Below are positions 31,849-32,000 of a DNA stretch of 32,000 nucleotides, piece by piece. The notes under the pieces were generated by a model, which saw only the letters and a program-made list of their open reading frames with translations, was not told where the DNA came from and did not search any database. The stretch covers positions 480,001-512,000 of the forward strand of contig NC_016803.1 of NCBI RefSeq assembly GCF_000189295.2, in the 5' to 3' direction. The stretch is from Pseudodesulfovibrio mercurii (GTDB lineage Bacteria > Desulfobacterota > Desulfovibrionia > Desulfovibrionales > Desulfovibrionaceae). Position 1 is the stretch's first letter; every line of letters starts with the position of its first letter. Position numbers and translations under genes: made by a program.

Positions 31849-32000
31849 ATGGATGTTTTGTGGGCGCCGTGGCGCCTGGATTATATACTCGGACCCAAGC
31901 CCGAGGAGTGCGTCTTCTGCATTCCCGAGCACACGGACGAGGACGCGGAGCGCTGCATCCTCGCGCGCGGTGAGCACTGTTTCGTGATCATGAACAAGTT
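31849..32000 (+). CDS. HIT family protein (Ap4A-phosphorylase/GalT-like subgroup), 3' end outside window
   Basis: ATG at 31849, then MDVLWAPWRLDYILGPKPEECVFCIPEH...GEHCFVIMNK. The WAPWR..YI and CxFC N-terminus is typical of this HIT subgroup. The frame stays open to the window end. This ORF is not in the supplied track. Confidence 0.65.
   Translation, partial: MDVLWAPWRLDYILGPKPEECVFCIPEHTDEDAERCILARGEHCFVIMNK

Noticed and set aside
1-32000. CRISPR arrays, IS elements, rRNA, prophage or known defence-system genes
   Set aside because: Nothing seen: no spaced direct repeats, no transposase or terminal inverted repeats, and no recognisable restriction, Cas, abortive-infection or toxin-antitoxin signatures on either strand.

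Overview
High-GC (about 60-65% by eye), densely packed chromosomal segment. Its gene content and style look like a Desulfovibrio-type sulfate reducer (Desulfobacterota); this is inferred from gene families and codon style, not from a search. Most of the window is core housekeeping. In order: lptF(partial)-lptG, engB, aroQ-efp, ftsK-lolA, rluB, a YedF-like TusA/DsrE fusion, a DUF374 acyltransferase-like gene, gcvT, suhB, a NUDIX gene, rimI-pgk-tpiA-secG-tRNA-Leu(GAG), azlCD, folK, dapL, xerD, a DHH-CBS-CCA-transferase fusion and a partial HIT gene. No CRISPR array, IS element, phage gene or rRNA was seen. The less ordinary parts are: (1) an orphan 578-aa protein 21 nt upstream of a solitary gcvT and divergent from a monocistronic 67-aa 8-Cys protein; (2) a patch after tRNA-Leu holding a Pol-beta nucleotidyltransferase, a secreted ~17-repeat ankyrin protein, a degenerate cytidylate-kinase-like + 2xBON + receiver protein, and a GNAT; (3) a 9-mer, GATCATCAA, that I found only three times in the window, all intergenic, once as a perfect 7-3-7 palindrome between the ankyrin and receiver genes; (4) a long polypurine/polypyrimidine hairpin nested with a mirror repeat in a convergent spacer. 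The many long G/R/A/P/H-rich ORFs in the six-frame track are antisense or off-frame shadows typical of high-GC DNA and are rejected. All family assignments come from motif recognition by eye; no database search was possible.
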